Assembly (NCBI GenBank): GCA_964291295.2
Contig: OZ219754.1
Span: forward strand, 3,360,001 to 3,424,000
DNA length: 64,000 nucleotides
Direction of reading: 5' to 3'
Origin: an uncultured Candidatus Binatia bacterium
Lineage (GTDB): Bacteria; Desulfobacterota; Binatia; UBA9968; JAJDTQ01
A program made the position numbers and the translations under genes. Shown here piece by piece: positions 1-9,920 of the stretch. How positions within the stretch are numbered: position 1 is the stretch's first letter; the number at the start of each line of letters is the position of its first letter. Under the pieces are notes generated by a model, which was not told where the DNA came from, ran no database searches, and saw only the letters and a program-made list of their open reading frames with translations.

Positions 1-1
1 C

Positions 2-790
2 GCCGCCGCCGACCAGCTCCAGCTCGACATCTACGGCGAGATGATGGACTCGGTCTACCTCTTCAACAAGTACGGCACCCCCATCGACTCGGAACTGTGG
101 AACAACCTCTCGCGCCTGATGGAATGGGTCTGCGACCATTGGGATCAACCGGACGAAGGCATCTGGGAAGTCCGGGGCGGGCGTCAGCACTTCGTCTACT
201 CCAAGCTCATGTGCTGGGTCGCCCTGGACCGGGGCGTGCGCCTGGCGGAGAAGCGCTCCTTTCCGGCCAACCGCGAGCGCTGGCTTCGGAACCGGGACGC
301 CATCTACCAGCGGATCATGGCCGACGGGTTCAACACCCGGCGGAACGCTTTCGTGCAGGCCTTTGGCAGCGACACGCTGGATGCCAGCAACCTGCTCATG
401 CCGCTGGTGTTCTTCGTCTCCCCCACCGATTCCAAGATGCTCTCGACCCTGGACGCCATCAACTGTCCGCCTCACCAGGGCGGGCTGGTGTCGGACAGCC
501 TGGTCTACCGTTATGACGTAGCCCGGACGGACGACGGGCTGGCGGGCGAGGAGGGCACTTTCAGCATGTGCACGTTCTGGCTGGTGGAGGCCCTGACCCG
601 CGCCGGGCGCCTCGGCAACGCCCGCTTCATCTTCGAGAAGATGCTGAGCTACGCGAACCATCTGGGGCTCTATTCCGAGGAAACCGGCCCCCGGGGCGAA
701 TCCCTGGGCAACTTCCCCCAGGCCTTCACACACCTGGGGCTGATCAGCGCCGCGTTCAACCTGGACCGCAAGCTGGGATCAAGGGAATGA
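2..790 (+). CDS. Glycoside hydrolase family 15 (trehalase/glucoamylase-like), 5'-truncated by the window edge
   Basis: Frame is open from base 2 ([14 protein letters not shown]). GH15 motifs [47 protein letters not shown]. Confidence 0.9.
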   Translation, partial: AAADQLQLDIYGEMMDSVYLFNKYGTPIDSELWNNLSRLMEWVCDHWDQPDEGIWEVRGGRQHFVYSKLMCWVALDRGVRLAEKRSFPANRERWLRNRDAIYQRIMADGFNTRRNAFVQAFGSDTLDASNLLMPLVFFVSPTDSKMLSTLDAINCPPHQGGLVSDSLVYRYDVARTDDGLAGEEGTFSMCTFWLVEALTRAGRLGNARFIFEKMLSYANHLGLYSEETGPRGESLGNFPQAFTHLGLISAAFNLDRKLGSRE

Positions 791-907
791 CGCGCCGCGG
801 AGGTTTGGCACCGGGCGGACCGGCGTGCGCCGGCCCCTGGACTGGACACGGACAGACGGGGCCGTGGCGCACGCGGCCCCGAGCCCACCCGGAAATGGAG
901 GACGCCC

Positions 908-2005
908 ATGTTCACAAGGATGCTCGCAGCATTGGTCATGACAGCGCTTGCCTTTCCCGCCTTCGCGGAGGAGAAGGTCTCGCCCGCGCTTCAGAAGGTC
1001 ATCGACGCCGCCAGGGAGGAAGGCGAACTCAAGATCCAGTGGACCTCCGGACGACTCGGAGGCGACGCCGGCGTGCGCAAGATGGTGGCCGCCATGAACA
1101 AGCGCTACGGAACCGATCTCAGGTTCCGTTTCACCCCGGGACCCAGCTTCCCGCGCATGACCGCCAAGCTGCTGCAGGAGCACGCCGCCGGTCAGCGGGC
1201 CAGCAGCGACATCCATCTCGGCACCTCGAATCACATCTCCCAGGGCACGGCCAAGGGCATGCTCACGGAACTGGACTGGGAAGGTTTGCTGGAGCGCCCC
1301 AACCCCGGGGACGCCAACATCAGCCGGACCGCCCCCAACGGTGCGGCGGTGGCCATCGCGTCGCGCGTGGTGGGCATCTCGTACAACGCGCGGCTGGTCA
1401 AGGGCGATGACGTTCCCAAGAGCATGGAGGACGTCTTCAACCCGAAATTCAAGGGCAAGATCGCTTCCACGCCCTACGCCACCGGACTCTACCAGTTCGC
1501 CGCGGACGACATGCTCGGGCGCGAACGCATGACCGACTACACCAGACGCCTCGCCGCGCACATCGGCGGACTGATGAGCTGCAATTCGATGGACCGCGTC
1601 GCCAGCGGCGAGTTCCTGATGCTGGTGTTCGACTGCGGCCACGACGACGCCCTGCGCATGACCCGCAAGGGCGCGCCGGTGAAGCAGGCCACCATCAAGG
1701 AGATCGCGCGGGTCAACGTCATGTACTTCGGCGTACCCAGACACGCGCAGCACCCCAACGCCGCCATCCTGTTCACCAACTTCATGAACACGGCGGAAGG
1801 CCAGAAGCTCCAGTGGGACCTGGGCGGTCATGACCTGCACATCTACCCGGAGGCGCATACGCGCGCGCCGGTGATGGCGATCGTCAAGAGCGGCGGCCTG
1901 CTCTTCATCGACACGGTGGAGCGCAACAACCGGCGCGACCCCAAGGAGTTGCGGAAGATCCAGGCGGAGTTCCGCAAGATCCTGAAGGACGGCGGAAAGT
2001 CCTGA
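908..2005 (+). CDS. ABC transporter substrate-binding protein (Fe3+/thiamine/polyamine cluster type)
   Basis: GGAGG RBS, signal peptide, DAAREEGEL, YNARLVK..PKSMEDV.NPKFKGKI, HPNAAILFTNF; first gene of an ABC operon. Confidence 0.85.
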   Translation: MFTRMLAALVMTALAFPAFAEEKVSPALQKVIDAAREEGELKIQWTSGRLGGDAGVRKMVAAMNKRYGTDLRFRFTPGPSFPRMTAKLLQEHAAGQRASSDIHLGTSNHISQGTAKGMLTELDWEGLLERPNPGDANISRTAPNGAAVAIASRVVGISYNARLVKGDDVPKSMEDVFNPKFKGKIASTPYATGLYQFAADDMLGRERMTDYTRRLAAHIGGLMSCNSMDRVASGEFLMLVFDCGHDDALRMTRKGAPVKQATIKEIARVNVMYFGVPRHAQHPNAAILFTNFMNTAEGQKLQWDLGGHDLHIYPEAHTRAPVMAIVKSGGLLFIDTVERNNRRDPKELRKIQAEFRKILKDGGKS

Positions 2006-2026
2006 GGGACGGCAGGAAGCCGCCAG

Positions 2027-2095
2027 CGCTTCGACGGGCTCCGGGCGGCCTTCGGTCTCCCGGAGCGGTTCGGGGCATGCCCTGAACCGCTTCGC
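2027..2095. repeat. Degenerate REP-like intergenic palindrome (CTTCGACGGGCTCCGG type)
   Basis: Contains the GCGGTTCGGGGCATGCCCTGAACCGC hairpin and resembles the common CTTCGACAGGCTCAGG repeat class. Single copy in the window. Confidence 0.35.
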
Positions 2096-2139
2096 AGCTG
2101 ACGGACCGTTCACCCCCGCCGCGAGAAAGGCCCACAGCC

Positions 2140-3852
2140 TTGCGCCTGCCGCGTCTTGACTCACCGGTTTCCCCGCTGCTGCCGGTGGCGCTGGTGCCCA
2201 TGGCGCTGGTGGCGATGTTCATCCTGGTGATCGTCTGGGTGAGCGTCCAGACCGGCACCTTGGGCACCGTCCACTCCGAATACACCCTCGAGAACTACCG
2301 CGATGTACTCGGGGACACCGCCATCTACGGGGTGGTGTGGAACACCCTGTGGTTCGCCTGCGCCACGGTGTGCTTCGCGCTGATCATCGGTCTTCCCGTC
2401 GCCTGGCTGACCGAGCGCACCACCATCCCGGGCAAGCCCGTCATCTACGTCATCATGACCCTGGGGCTGCTGATCCCGGGCATCTTCGTGGCCATGGGAT
2501 GGACCTTCATCGCCCATCCGCGCATCGGCTTCATCAACCGCTGGCTGGTGGACCTGCTGGCACTGGACAGCGGCCCCGTGAACATCGCCACGCCTCTGGG
2601 CATGGGCTTCGTGCAGGGGCTCAACCTGGCGCCGCTGGCGTTCATCCTCACGACGCAGATGTTCCGGGCCATGAATCCGATGCTGGAGGAGGCGGCGCGC
2701 ACCGCGGGCCTGAGCGCGGCCGCCACCCTGCGCCGGGTGACGCTTCCTTTGGCCATGCCCGCCATCCTGGCCGCGGTCATCTACATCTTCATCGTGGGCA
2801 TCGCCACCTTCGACGTGCCCGCGGTCATCGGACTCGGCAACCGCGTCTACCTGTTCAGCACCTACCTGTTCACGCTGACGTTTCCCGAGGACATGGAACC
2901 CCGCTACGGCATCACCGGCGCGGTGGGAGTGTTCATGATCGTGCTGGCACTGGCGCTCACCGCCTGGTACGGCGGCGTGCTGCGGCGCGGCAACCGTTAC
3001 CAGGTCATCACCGGCAAGGGCTACCGTCCCAGGATGCTGGACCTGGGCGGGTGGAACTGGGCGGCGTGGGCGATGATCGGCCTCTATGCCATCATCTCCA
3101 AGCTCGTGCCCATCGGACTCGTGGGCTTCATTGCCTTCGCCCCCTACGTCGCACCGCCGTCCCTGGAGATGTGGGAACAGCTCTCCCTCGACAACTTCCA
3201 CAACGTCAACTGGGAGCTGGTGTGGCGCGGCATGAAGCATACGCTCATCCTGATGTGCGTGGTGCCGCTGCTGGTGCTGGTGTGCGCCTTCGCCATCTCC
3301 TGGCTGGTGGTGCGCACCCGCAGCCGCGGGCGCTACCTCCTGGAGTTCGGCGCGTTCCTGCCGCACACGGTGCCGGAGCTGCTGTTCGCCATCGGCGCGC
3401 TGCTGGTGGCGCTGTTCGTGCTGAGGGATTACGTGCCCCTGTACGGCACCGTGTGGCTCATCGCGCTGGTGTACCTCATCACCCGCCTGCCCTTTGCCAC
3501 GCGCGCCCTCAACGGCGCGCTGCTGCAGGTGCACAAGGAACTGGAAGAGGCCGCCTGCGTCTCCGGTCTCACCATGCTGCGCACCAGCCGCCGCGTGTTG
3601 CTGCCGCTGCTGCGCCCCACGCTCATGTCCGTGTGGATCTGGACCGCGCTGCTGGTCTACCGCGAGGTCACCGTGGCCGTGTTCCTCGCCACCGAGAGCA
3701 ACATCACGCTGACCGCGGTGGTGTGGAGCTACTGGGCGGCCGCGGGCATGACCGAGGCGTCGGTGGTGACCACCCTGATGATCCTGTTCTTCTCGCCGTT
3801 GCTGCTGCTGTTCTGGATCTTCGGCCGGCGCAGCGCCCTGGCGGAACAGTGA
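2140..3852 (+). CDS. ABC transporter permease, two TM modules (FbpB-like)
   Basis: Two EAA motifs (LEEAARTAG, LEEAACVSG) and many TM helices; TTG start is uncertain. Confidence 0.88.
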   Translation: MRLPRLDSPVSPLLPVALVPMALVAMFILVIVWVSVQTGTLGTVHSEYTLENYRDVLGDTAIYGVVWNTLWFACATVCFALIIGLPVAWLTERTTIPGKPVIYVIMTLGLLIPGIFVAMGWTFIAHPRIGFINRWLVDLLALDSGPVNIATPLGMGFVQGLNLAPLAFILTTQMFRAMNPMLEEAARTAGLSAAATLRRVTLPLAMPAILAAVIYIFIVGIATFDVPAVIGLGNRVYLFSTYLFTLTFPEDMEPRYGITGAVGVFMIVLALALTAWYGGVLRRGNRYQVITGKGYRPRMLDLGGWNWAAWAMIGLYAIISKLVPIGLVGFIAFAPYVAPPSLEMWEQLSLDNFHNVNWELVWRGMKHTLILMCVVPLLVLVCAFAISWLVVRTRSRGRYLLEFGAFLPHTVPELLFAIGALLVALFVLRDYVPLYGTVWLIALVYLITRLPFATRALNGALLQVHKELEEAACVSGLTMLRTSRRVLLPLLRPTLMSVWIWTALLVYREVTVAVFLATESNITLTAVVWSYWAAAGMTEASVVTTLMILFFSPLLLLFWIFGRRSALAEQ

Positions 3853-3930
3853 GGCGATGGCTGGAGCCGCAGGCCCTGACCTGACCCGGCGCCCGCGCAC
3901 CCGCTCCCTCGGGAGCCGGAGACCCTGCTC

Positions 3931-5004
3931 ATGATCCGCATTCGCAAGCTGGAAAAGATATTCGACTCGGCCCGCGGACCGGTGCGCGCCGTTGGCGGTA
4001 TCGACCTGGAGGTGGCCCAGGGGGAGTTCATGGTGCTCCTGGGGCCCAGCGGCTGCGGCAAGACCACCACCCTGCGCTGCGTGGCCGGCCTTGAGCGCCC
4101 CGACGGCGGCGCCATCGAGATCGACGGCGCGCTGGTGGACAGCGCCGCGGGGGGGACGTACGTGCCGCCCGAGCGCCGCGACATCGGCATGGTGTTCCAG
4201 AGCTATGCCGTGTGGCCGCACCTGAACGTCTACCAGAACGTGGCCCTGCCGCTCACCGAAGGGCAGCAGCGCCTCCCGCGCCCGGCGGTGCGGGACCGGG
4301 CGCGGGAGGCGCTGCGGCTGGTGCGGCTGGAAGGGCTGGAGGAACGCCCGGTCACGGACCTCAGCGGTGGACAGCAGCAGCGCGTGGCGCTGGCCCGGGC
4401 CGTGGTGACCCGGCCCAAGGTGCTGCTCATGGATGAACCCCTGAGCAACCTCGACGCGCGCCTGCGCGACCAGATGCGCGACGAACTGCGGCGTATCGCC
4501 GAGTCCGTCCATGTCACGTCCCTCTACGTCACTCACGATCAGGCCGAGGCCCTGAGTCTGGGCGACCGCGTGTGCGTCATGAACGAGGGCGAGATCCTTC
4601 AATTGGGCACGCCCAAGCAGGTCTATTCCGAGCCCCCCAACCTCTTCGTTGCGCGCTTCGTCGGCGAGATGAACTTCCTGCCGGCCAAGGTCATGGACGC
4701 CGGTCGGGTGGAATCCGGCCTGGGCGCCATCGACTGCGCGGTGCCGCCGGGATGCGCACCGGGTGCCGCGGTCACCCTGGGCATCCGCCCCGAACACATC
4801 GGTATCGCGGCGGGCGAGGCGCCCGCGGGTCTGCGCGGCCAGGTGCGGCGTCAGACCTACCTGGGCGACGCGCTCCACTGCCAGGTGCAGGTGGGGCAGG
4901 TCGAGTTGACGGTCAAGGCGGCAGGCAGCGCCGAGTATACCCGCGGCGAGACGGTGACCGTCTCACTGCCCGAGAAGGGCTGGCACGTATTCCCTGAAAC
5001 GTAA
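3931..5004 (+). CDS. ABC transporter ATP-binding protein with TOBE domain
   Basis: Walker A GPSGCGKT, LSGGQQQR signature, LLMDEPLSNLD, YVTHDQ. Confidence 0.95.
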   Translation: MIRIRKLEKIFDSARGPVRAVGGIDLEVAQGEFMVLLGPSGCGKTTTLRCVAGLERPDGGAIEIDGALVDSAAGGTYVPPERRDIGMVFQSYAVWPHLNVYQNVALPLTEGQQRLPRPAVRDRAREALRLVRLEGLEERPVTDLSGGQQQRVALARAVVTRPKVLLMDEPLSNLDARLRDQMRDELRRIAESVHVTSLYVTHDQAEALSLGDRVCVMNEGEILQLGTPKQVYSEPPNLFVARFVGEMNFLPAKVMDAGRVESGLGAIDCAVPPGCAPGAAVTLGIRPEHIGIAAGEAPAGLRGQVRRQTYLGDALHCQVQVGQVELTVKAAGSAEYTRGETVTVSLPEKGWHVFPET

Positions 5005-5126
5005 CCCGCGCCGTGGCCGCGAGCCGGCTCGCCAGGAGCGCTGCCCGTCCGTTCCACCATGGTGGGGCGGCACCGGCGTCGCCCCACCGGGCGGGCGCTG
5101 CCGCACGGCCCGGGAAAGGAGACCCC

Positions 5127-6065
5127 ATGGCCCTGATCATCAGTGCCGAACAGACCCGCGAACTCGTGGACATGACGACATGCATGCGCCTCCTCGACCG
5201 GATGTTTCGCGACCGGGCTGCGGAGCGCGTGCGCATCGTGCCGCGGCGGCGGCTCCAGGGAAGCGCCCGGCAACTCAACGTGATGGCGGCCTGGCACCAG
5301 GGCTCGGATCTGATGGCGCTGCGCGCCTACGTGGCCAAGGCCAATACCATCACCCTGTACGACGGCGCCTCCGGCAATCTCAGGGCCATCATGAGCGCCG
5401 CCTGGCTGAGCAGCCTGCGCACGGGCGGTGCCACCGGCGTCGCGGCGAAATACCTGGCGCCGTCAAGGCCGTCGGTGCTGGGGCTCATCGGCCCCGGATG
5501 GCAGGGCACGTTCCAGGTGGAAGCCGTGGTCAAGGCCTGCCGGCCGAAGCAGGTGCTGGTGTTCGGCCGCAACGCCGAGCGGCGCAAGGGCTTCATCGAG
5601 GCCATGCGCAAGGTGGTGCGCACGCCCTTCCGGGTGGCGGCCTCCGTGGACCAGGTCGAGAGCGAGTCCGATATCCTGATCCTGTCCACCGACTCCACCT
5701 CGCCCATCGTGGACGGCCGGAAGCTCAAGGACGACGTGCTGGTGGCCAGCATCGGCGCCAATCAGCCCGTCAAGCACGAAGTGTCCGGAAGGCTCATCCG
5801 GTCCATGGACCTGGTGGTCACCGACGACCTCGCCACCGCACGGAACGACAGCGGCGACCTGATCGATGCCTGCGCCCGCCGGCAACTGCGCTGGCGCGAC
5901 GTGGTACCGCTGGAGCACATCGTCGCCCGCGGCGTCCAGGGCAAACCTCGCAAGGTCCTGTTCCAGTCCAACGGCATACCGGACGAGGACCTGGCGGTGG
6001 GCACCCACGTCCTGCGGCAGGCCCTGCGGAAAAAGATGCGGCTGCGGGAGATAGCGGAGTTCTAA
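5127..6065 (+). CDS. Ornithine cyclodeaminase/mu-crystallin family protein
   Basis: AAGGAG RBS before ATG 5127; LRTGGATGVAAKYLA, GLIGPGWQG, SIGAN, FQSNG..DEDLA. Confidence 0.85.
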   Translation: MALIISAEQTRELVDMTTCMRLLDRMFRDRAAERVRIVPRRRLQGSARQLNVMAAWHQGSDLMALRAYVAKANTITLYDGASGNLRAIMSAAWLSSLRTGGATGVAAKYLAPSRPSVLGLIGPGWQGTFQVEAVVKACRPKQVLVFGRNAERRKGFIEAMRKVVRTPFRVAASVDQVESESDILILSTDSTSPIVDGRKLKDDVLVASIGANQPVKHEVSGRLIRSMDLVVTDDLATARNDSGDLIDACARRQLRWRDVVPLEHIVARGVQGKPRKVLFQSNGIPDEDLAVGTHVLRQALRKKMRLREIAEF

Positions 6066-6216
6066 CCCAACCTTGCCGCCTCTGGAGTCGTGGCAGGGCA
6101 GGAATCCAGAAATCAGCATTGATATATCGTGAGCATGTCGTCGGGCGGGCCAATGTAGTGCCATAAAGTGCAAATTGGGTATCGCTGAGGGTGGCGCGCC
6201 ATGCTGCCATCCTCCC

Positions 6217-7999
6217 ATGTTCATCCGCCACACCCCTACTCGCAGTAGCAGCGAACCTTGCGTCACCCACCGCCCGGTGCGCTCCGAACGCGACGGTTCA
6301 AAGGTGCGTCAACGCAATCTGCTCAATCTCGGGCGGCACTTCGACGTGGCTCCACAGGAGTGGCCCGTGCTGTGCCGGCGCATTCAGGAGATGCTTGCCG
6401 GCCAACTTCCCCTGTCTCCGGGCTGCCCCCCGACACTCGAAAACCACGCCCAGCGCATCACCGCCCAACTCCTCGACCGTGAGCGCGTCGGCACCGCGAC
6501 CGCGTCCACAAGCCAAGAGGGCAATCTCCAAAGCGTCGATGTCGACCCCCTGGAGTTGGTTCGACCACGCTCGGTGGGCGTCGAGCACGTGGGCCATGGA
6601 CCAACTCGGCCTGCGCACCCTGCTCGACCAACTCGGCCTCGGCGCGTCGATGCACGCAGCCGCCATCGGCTCGATCATCGCGCGTATGGCGCAGAGCGCG
6701 CCACCCGGCGCTGGCTTGGCGACCGCAGCACCCTGGGTGAACTGCTCGGGGTGGAGTTCGCCACCATGGGACCGATGCGGCTGTATCGCGCCTCCGATGC
6801 CCTGATGGCCCACCGCGACGTCATCGAAAAGCATCTGTTCGACCGGGCCATGGACCTGTTCGAGATCGAACCCACCGTCACGCTCCATGATCTGACCACT
6901 CTATTCTTCGAGGGCAAGGCGCCCCTCCAACCGAAGGCCCTGCGCGGCCACTCCAAGGACAAGCGCACCGATTGCCCGCTGCTCACCCTGGGGCTCGTGC
7001 TCGACTCCGGCGGCTTCGTGCGCCGCTCCCAGGTCTTCGCCGGCAACGTCCGCGAGCACCACACCCTGGCCCGGATGCTGGATGCGCTCAACGCCCCGCG
7101 CTCCGCCCTGGTGGTGATGGACCGGGGCTTCACCACCGAAGAGCGCCTGCAGTGGCTGCACCAGCAGAGATACCCCTGCCTGGTGGTCAGCCGTGAACGC
7201 AACCGGCACTTCAACCCCCAAGCGGCACAGCGCCTCAAGACCGCTTCCAGGCATGGCGTGCAATTGCACAAGGCCTTGTCCCAGGAGGCCAGGAGGTGCG
7301 CCTGTACTGCTTCTCCAAACAACGTGCCGCCAAGGAACGCGGCATCGTCGAGCGCTTCGCCCGGCGCTTCGAGAACGCCCTCAACAAGCTCTCCGAAGGT
7401 CTCTCCCGACCCCGCATCCAAAAACGTGTGGAGCAGGTCTGGCAACGTATCGGGCGGCTCAGGGAGAGCACTCGTGGCATCGCCCAGCACTACGACATCG
7501 CACGCGACACCGATGAGTCCGGACAACGCGCCACCGCCGTGCGCTTCACCCGCCGCCCTCTCCCCGGCTCGATGATGACCCATCCGGGCGTCTACTGCCT
7601 GTGCAGCAGCGAAACCCACTGGAAGGAAGAAACCCTGTGGCGTACCTGGTTCAGGCTCACCGACATCGAAGCCGTCTTCCGCTCCCTCAAATCTGAACTC
7701 GGCCTGCGCCCCGTCTACCACCACAAGCCGCTCCGCGCCGAAGGACATCTGGTTCATTACCGTGCTCGCCTGCCAACTCGTCCAGGTCATCCGTACTCGC
7801 CTGCGTCAATCGGACGAGCACGCCAGCTGGACCACACTACGCCGCGTCCTCCATGGACAACACCGCGTCACCACCACGTGCTGATGGGCGCACCCTGCAC
7901 GTGCGCAAGGCGACCCGCGCCGAACCAACCCAGCAGGCCATCTACAAAGCCCTGCGCATCAATCCCGCTCCCGGAGGAACTCGCAAAACCGTCGTGTAA
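6217..7999 (+). pseudogene. IS1634-family transposase, multiply frameshifted
   Basis: MFIR start, HDLTT.FFEG, RGHSKDKRTDCP, VVMDRG. Continues in other frames with LTDIEAVFRSLKSELGLRPVYHHK. No matching right terminal repeat recognised. Confidence 0.85.
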
Positions 8000-8085
8000 C
8001 CAACCTTCAAACCTGTCCCCTTCCATATTCTGTCATGTGCTGCAGAGCTTGCATCTGAAACCGATACTACGACTAACCCGCAGGT

Positions 8086-8580
8086 TCACAAGCCGGAATA
8101 GGCGCGAAGCCTGGCGCGAACTTCTGTCCGGGGGAGCCGGCACCGAGGATGCGCGGCAATTCGCCGGAGCCCCTCGATCAAGGCGTCCTGGCCGAGGATT
8201 CGATGGCCTTGCAAGTGATCGAGCAGCCACAGGACACCGTGGCATTCGACATCTTCTTCGAGTGCCGCGGCGCGTAGCCGGGCGTCTCCGGAGAGCAGCG
8301 TCCATGAATATGTCTTGGCCAGGGAAAGCGCGAAGCTGTCGGGAAGCGAGAGGCTGCGGCGTATGCGACGGTACGCAAGGGCGAGGGCGACTGCGTTTCC
8401 GTCCAATTCTTCAACGCGGAGCCCCAAGTTGATGAGCATGGGGCCGCCGTGATCCTTGAGTTCGCGTTCATAGAGCAGGTCCGGCACGGCGAACTCGACC
8501 GGAAGACGAAAGACAGCTTCCAGGAACGAGCCGCGTTCAAGGTCGATGAGCACCGAGGTGTCGGAGACGAGCACCGGCAT
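8086..8580 (-). CDS. PIN-domain protein (VapC-like, type associated with COG2856 peptidases)
   Basis: MPVLVSDTSVLIDL, LSLPDSFALSLA, LLSGDARLR, HGVLWLLD; starts 5 nt after the XRE-M78 gene stop. Confidence 0.85.
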   Translation of the reverse strand: MPVLVSDTSVLIDLERGSFLEAVFRLPVEFAVPDLLYERELKDHGGPMLINLGLRVEELDGNAVALALAYRRIRRSLSLPDSFALSLAKTYSWTLLSGDARLRAAALEEDVECHGVLWLLDHLQGHRILGQDALIEGLRRIAAHPRCRLPRTEVRARLRAYSGL

Positions 8581-8585
8581 GAAGG

Positions 8586-9674
8586 TCAAACACTGACGGG
8601 AGCGGCTTTCATGGTCGGTGGTTCGTCCATGAGCCGGACGAGCTCGTGGACCGAGTGTCCGAGCAGTTCGGCGGCCTTGGACTCCGAGATGGCACCTTCC
8701 GCCAAGGCGCGGAAGCATAGACGACCGAAACGCCTGGGCTCTTCGCCGTCCATCGCCCACGGCTCCCTGTAGGGTGGACTGCGCCAGCCGCGACGCTTGA
8801 ATTCGTTGAACAGGCGCTGGAACAGAGGGCTACCGAAGATCCCCAGATCCTTGCAGCGATAGGTGAGGGCCTGCACGCTGACCCCGAAAATCCGCTTGAG
8901 GTCGAACAGCTCGCTCCAGCCAATGGACTGGCGATGCCTGCCTACCTCGGCACGCAGCGTTTCGGCTGGCATGAGGAAGGCACCCGCAAATCGGTGAGCG
9001 GCCCTCTCGTCATCAATTTTCGGCGCGACGTTCAAAACCATGTGCCCGAGTTCGTGGGCGACGGTGAATCGCTGGCGCTCTCCCCAGTCCCGTCGATTGA
9101 CGACGATCACCGACGCGATGCTCCGGTCTTCACGGCGCACGCCGGCCGTGAGACCGTCCATGTTGGAAAGAGGCATCGAAAGAACCTTGATGCCGCGTTC
9201 CTCCAGAAGCTCGACCAGATTCGGTATTGGATCGAGTCCGAGTCCCCAGTGACCACGGAGGCCGTGCGCGGCCTGTTCCGCCTCCACCAAGTCGTGGAGC
9301 AAAGGCCAAGGGGCGTCGCGCGGCATGTCCCAAGCGACAGTATGCAGACCGAGAATTCCCTCCACCGTGAGATAGCGCTCCAGCAGATCGAGCACCTTGG
9401 CCTCGACCTGAGCTTCTTCGCGCTTGCTCGTCAGCCGCTTCCGTCGGAAGTCGACGTCTTCCAGGGCGATGACGCTGTCGCTGGCCAAGTAATCCACGGA
9501 TACGCCGAGAGCGCTCGCGAGCGCAATGAGGACACCCGAGCTCGGCATCGACTCATCGCGCTCGTACTTGCTGATCGCCTGCGCCGTGACGCGGTTGTCG
9601 ATTCTGGATTCAAGATCGCGGAGCGATAGACCTTCCGCACGCCGTGCTATCCTGATGCGTTGCCCTATTGACAT
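8586..9674 (-). CDS. XRE HTH fused to ImmA/IrrE (M78) metallopeptidase
   Basis: N-terminal HTH (RIRIARRAEGLSL...AISKYE), RQRFTVAHELGH zincin motif, FAGAFLMP. Confidence 0.93.
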   Translation of the reverse strand: MSIGQRIRIARRAEGLSLRDLESRIDNRVTAQAISKYERDESMPSSGVLIALASALGVSVDYLASDSVIALEDVDFRRKRLTSKREEAQVEAKVLDLLERYLTVEGILGLHTVAWDMPRDAPWPLLHDLVEAEQAAHGLRGHWGLGLDPIPNLVELLEERGIKVLSMPLSNMDGLTAGVRREDRSIASVIVVNRRDWGERQRFTVAHELGHMVLNVAPKIDDERAAHRFAGAFLMPAETLRAEVGRHRQSIGWSELFDLKRIFGVSVQALTYRCKDLGIFGSPLFQRLFNEFKRRGWRSPPYREPWAMDGEEPRRFGRLCFRALAEGAISESKAAELLGHSVHELVRLMDEPPTMKAAPVSV

Positions 9675-9728
9675 TTTCTCCCACCTCGCATGGTTGACAT
9701 TCTCTCATCTATCGACAATACTTGTCAA
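9668..9728. promoter_or_regulatory. Overlapping divergent sigma70-like promoters/operators
   Basis: TTGACA at 9694-9699 (+) with AATACT 17 nt later; TTGACA on the minus strand at 9723-9728; direct repeat TTGACATT(T/C)TCTC at 9668 and 9694. Confidence 0.55.
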
Positions 9729-9752
9729 GCACAGAGGCTTGAAACGCCTCAG

Positions 9753-9852
9753 GGAAGGTCCGAACAAGGCGACGGAGCAACAGTGGCCTGCTTACAACCC
9801 ATTGGTTTTTCCTGATTCAGCCCCATCGAACTCGGGGGTGTCCAGACCTTCC
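9753..9852. mobile_element. IS5-like MITE, about 100 bp, family B copy 1
   Basis: Ends GGAAGGTCCGAACA...TGTCCAGACCTTCC resemble IS5 TIRs, followed by TTAA; homologous copy at 38742-38840. Confidence 0.75.
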
Positions 9853-9920
9853 TTAAGGGCGACTCGTGTCGTGGAACGCACCTGTTCTCGAATCTGTTCC
9901 GGTTATCGGAGGTTGAGACC

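Noticed and set aside
2161-4878. 905-aa minus-strand ORF, and similar long ORFs such as 46581-49433 (+), 15764-16957 (-) and 31965-33785 (-)
   Set aside because: Antisense shadows of well-supported genes in high-GC DNA, with no motifs of their own.
6062-8080. Complete IS1634 with paired terminal inverted repeats, or a composite transposon carrying the defence operon
   Set aside because: Only a plausible left end (CTAACCCAAC) is visible; no inverted partner was found and the transposase is frameshifted.
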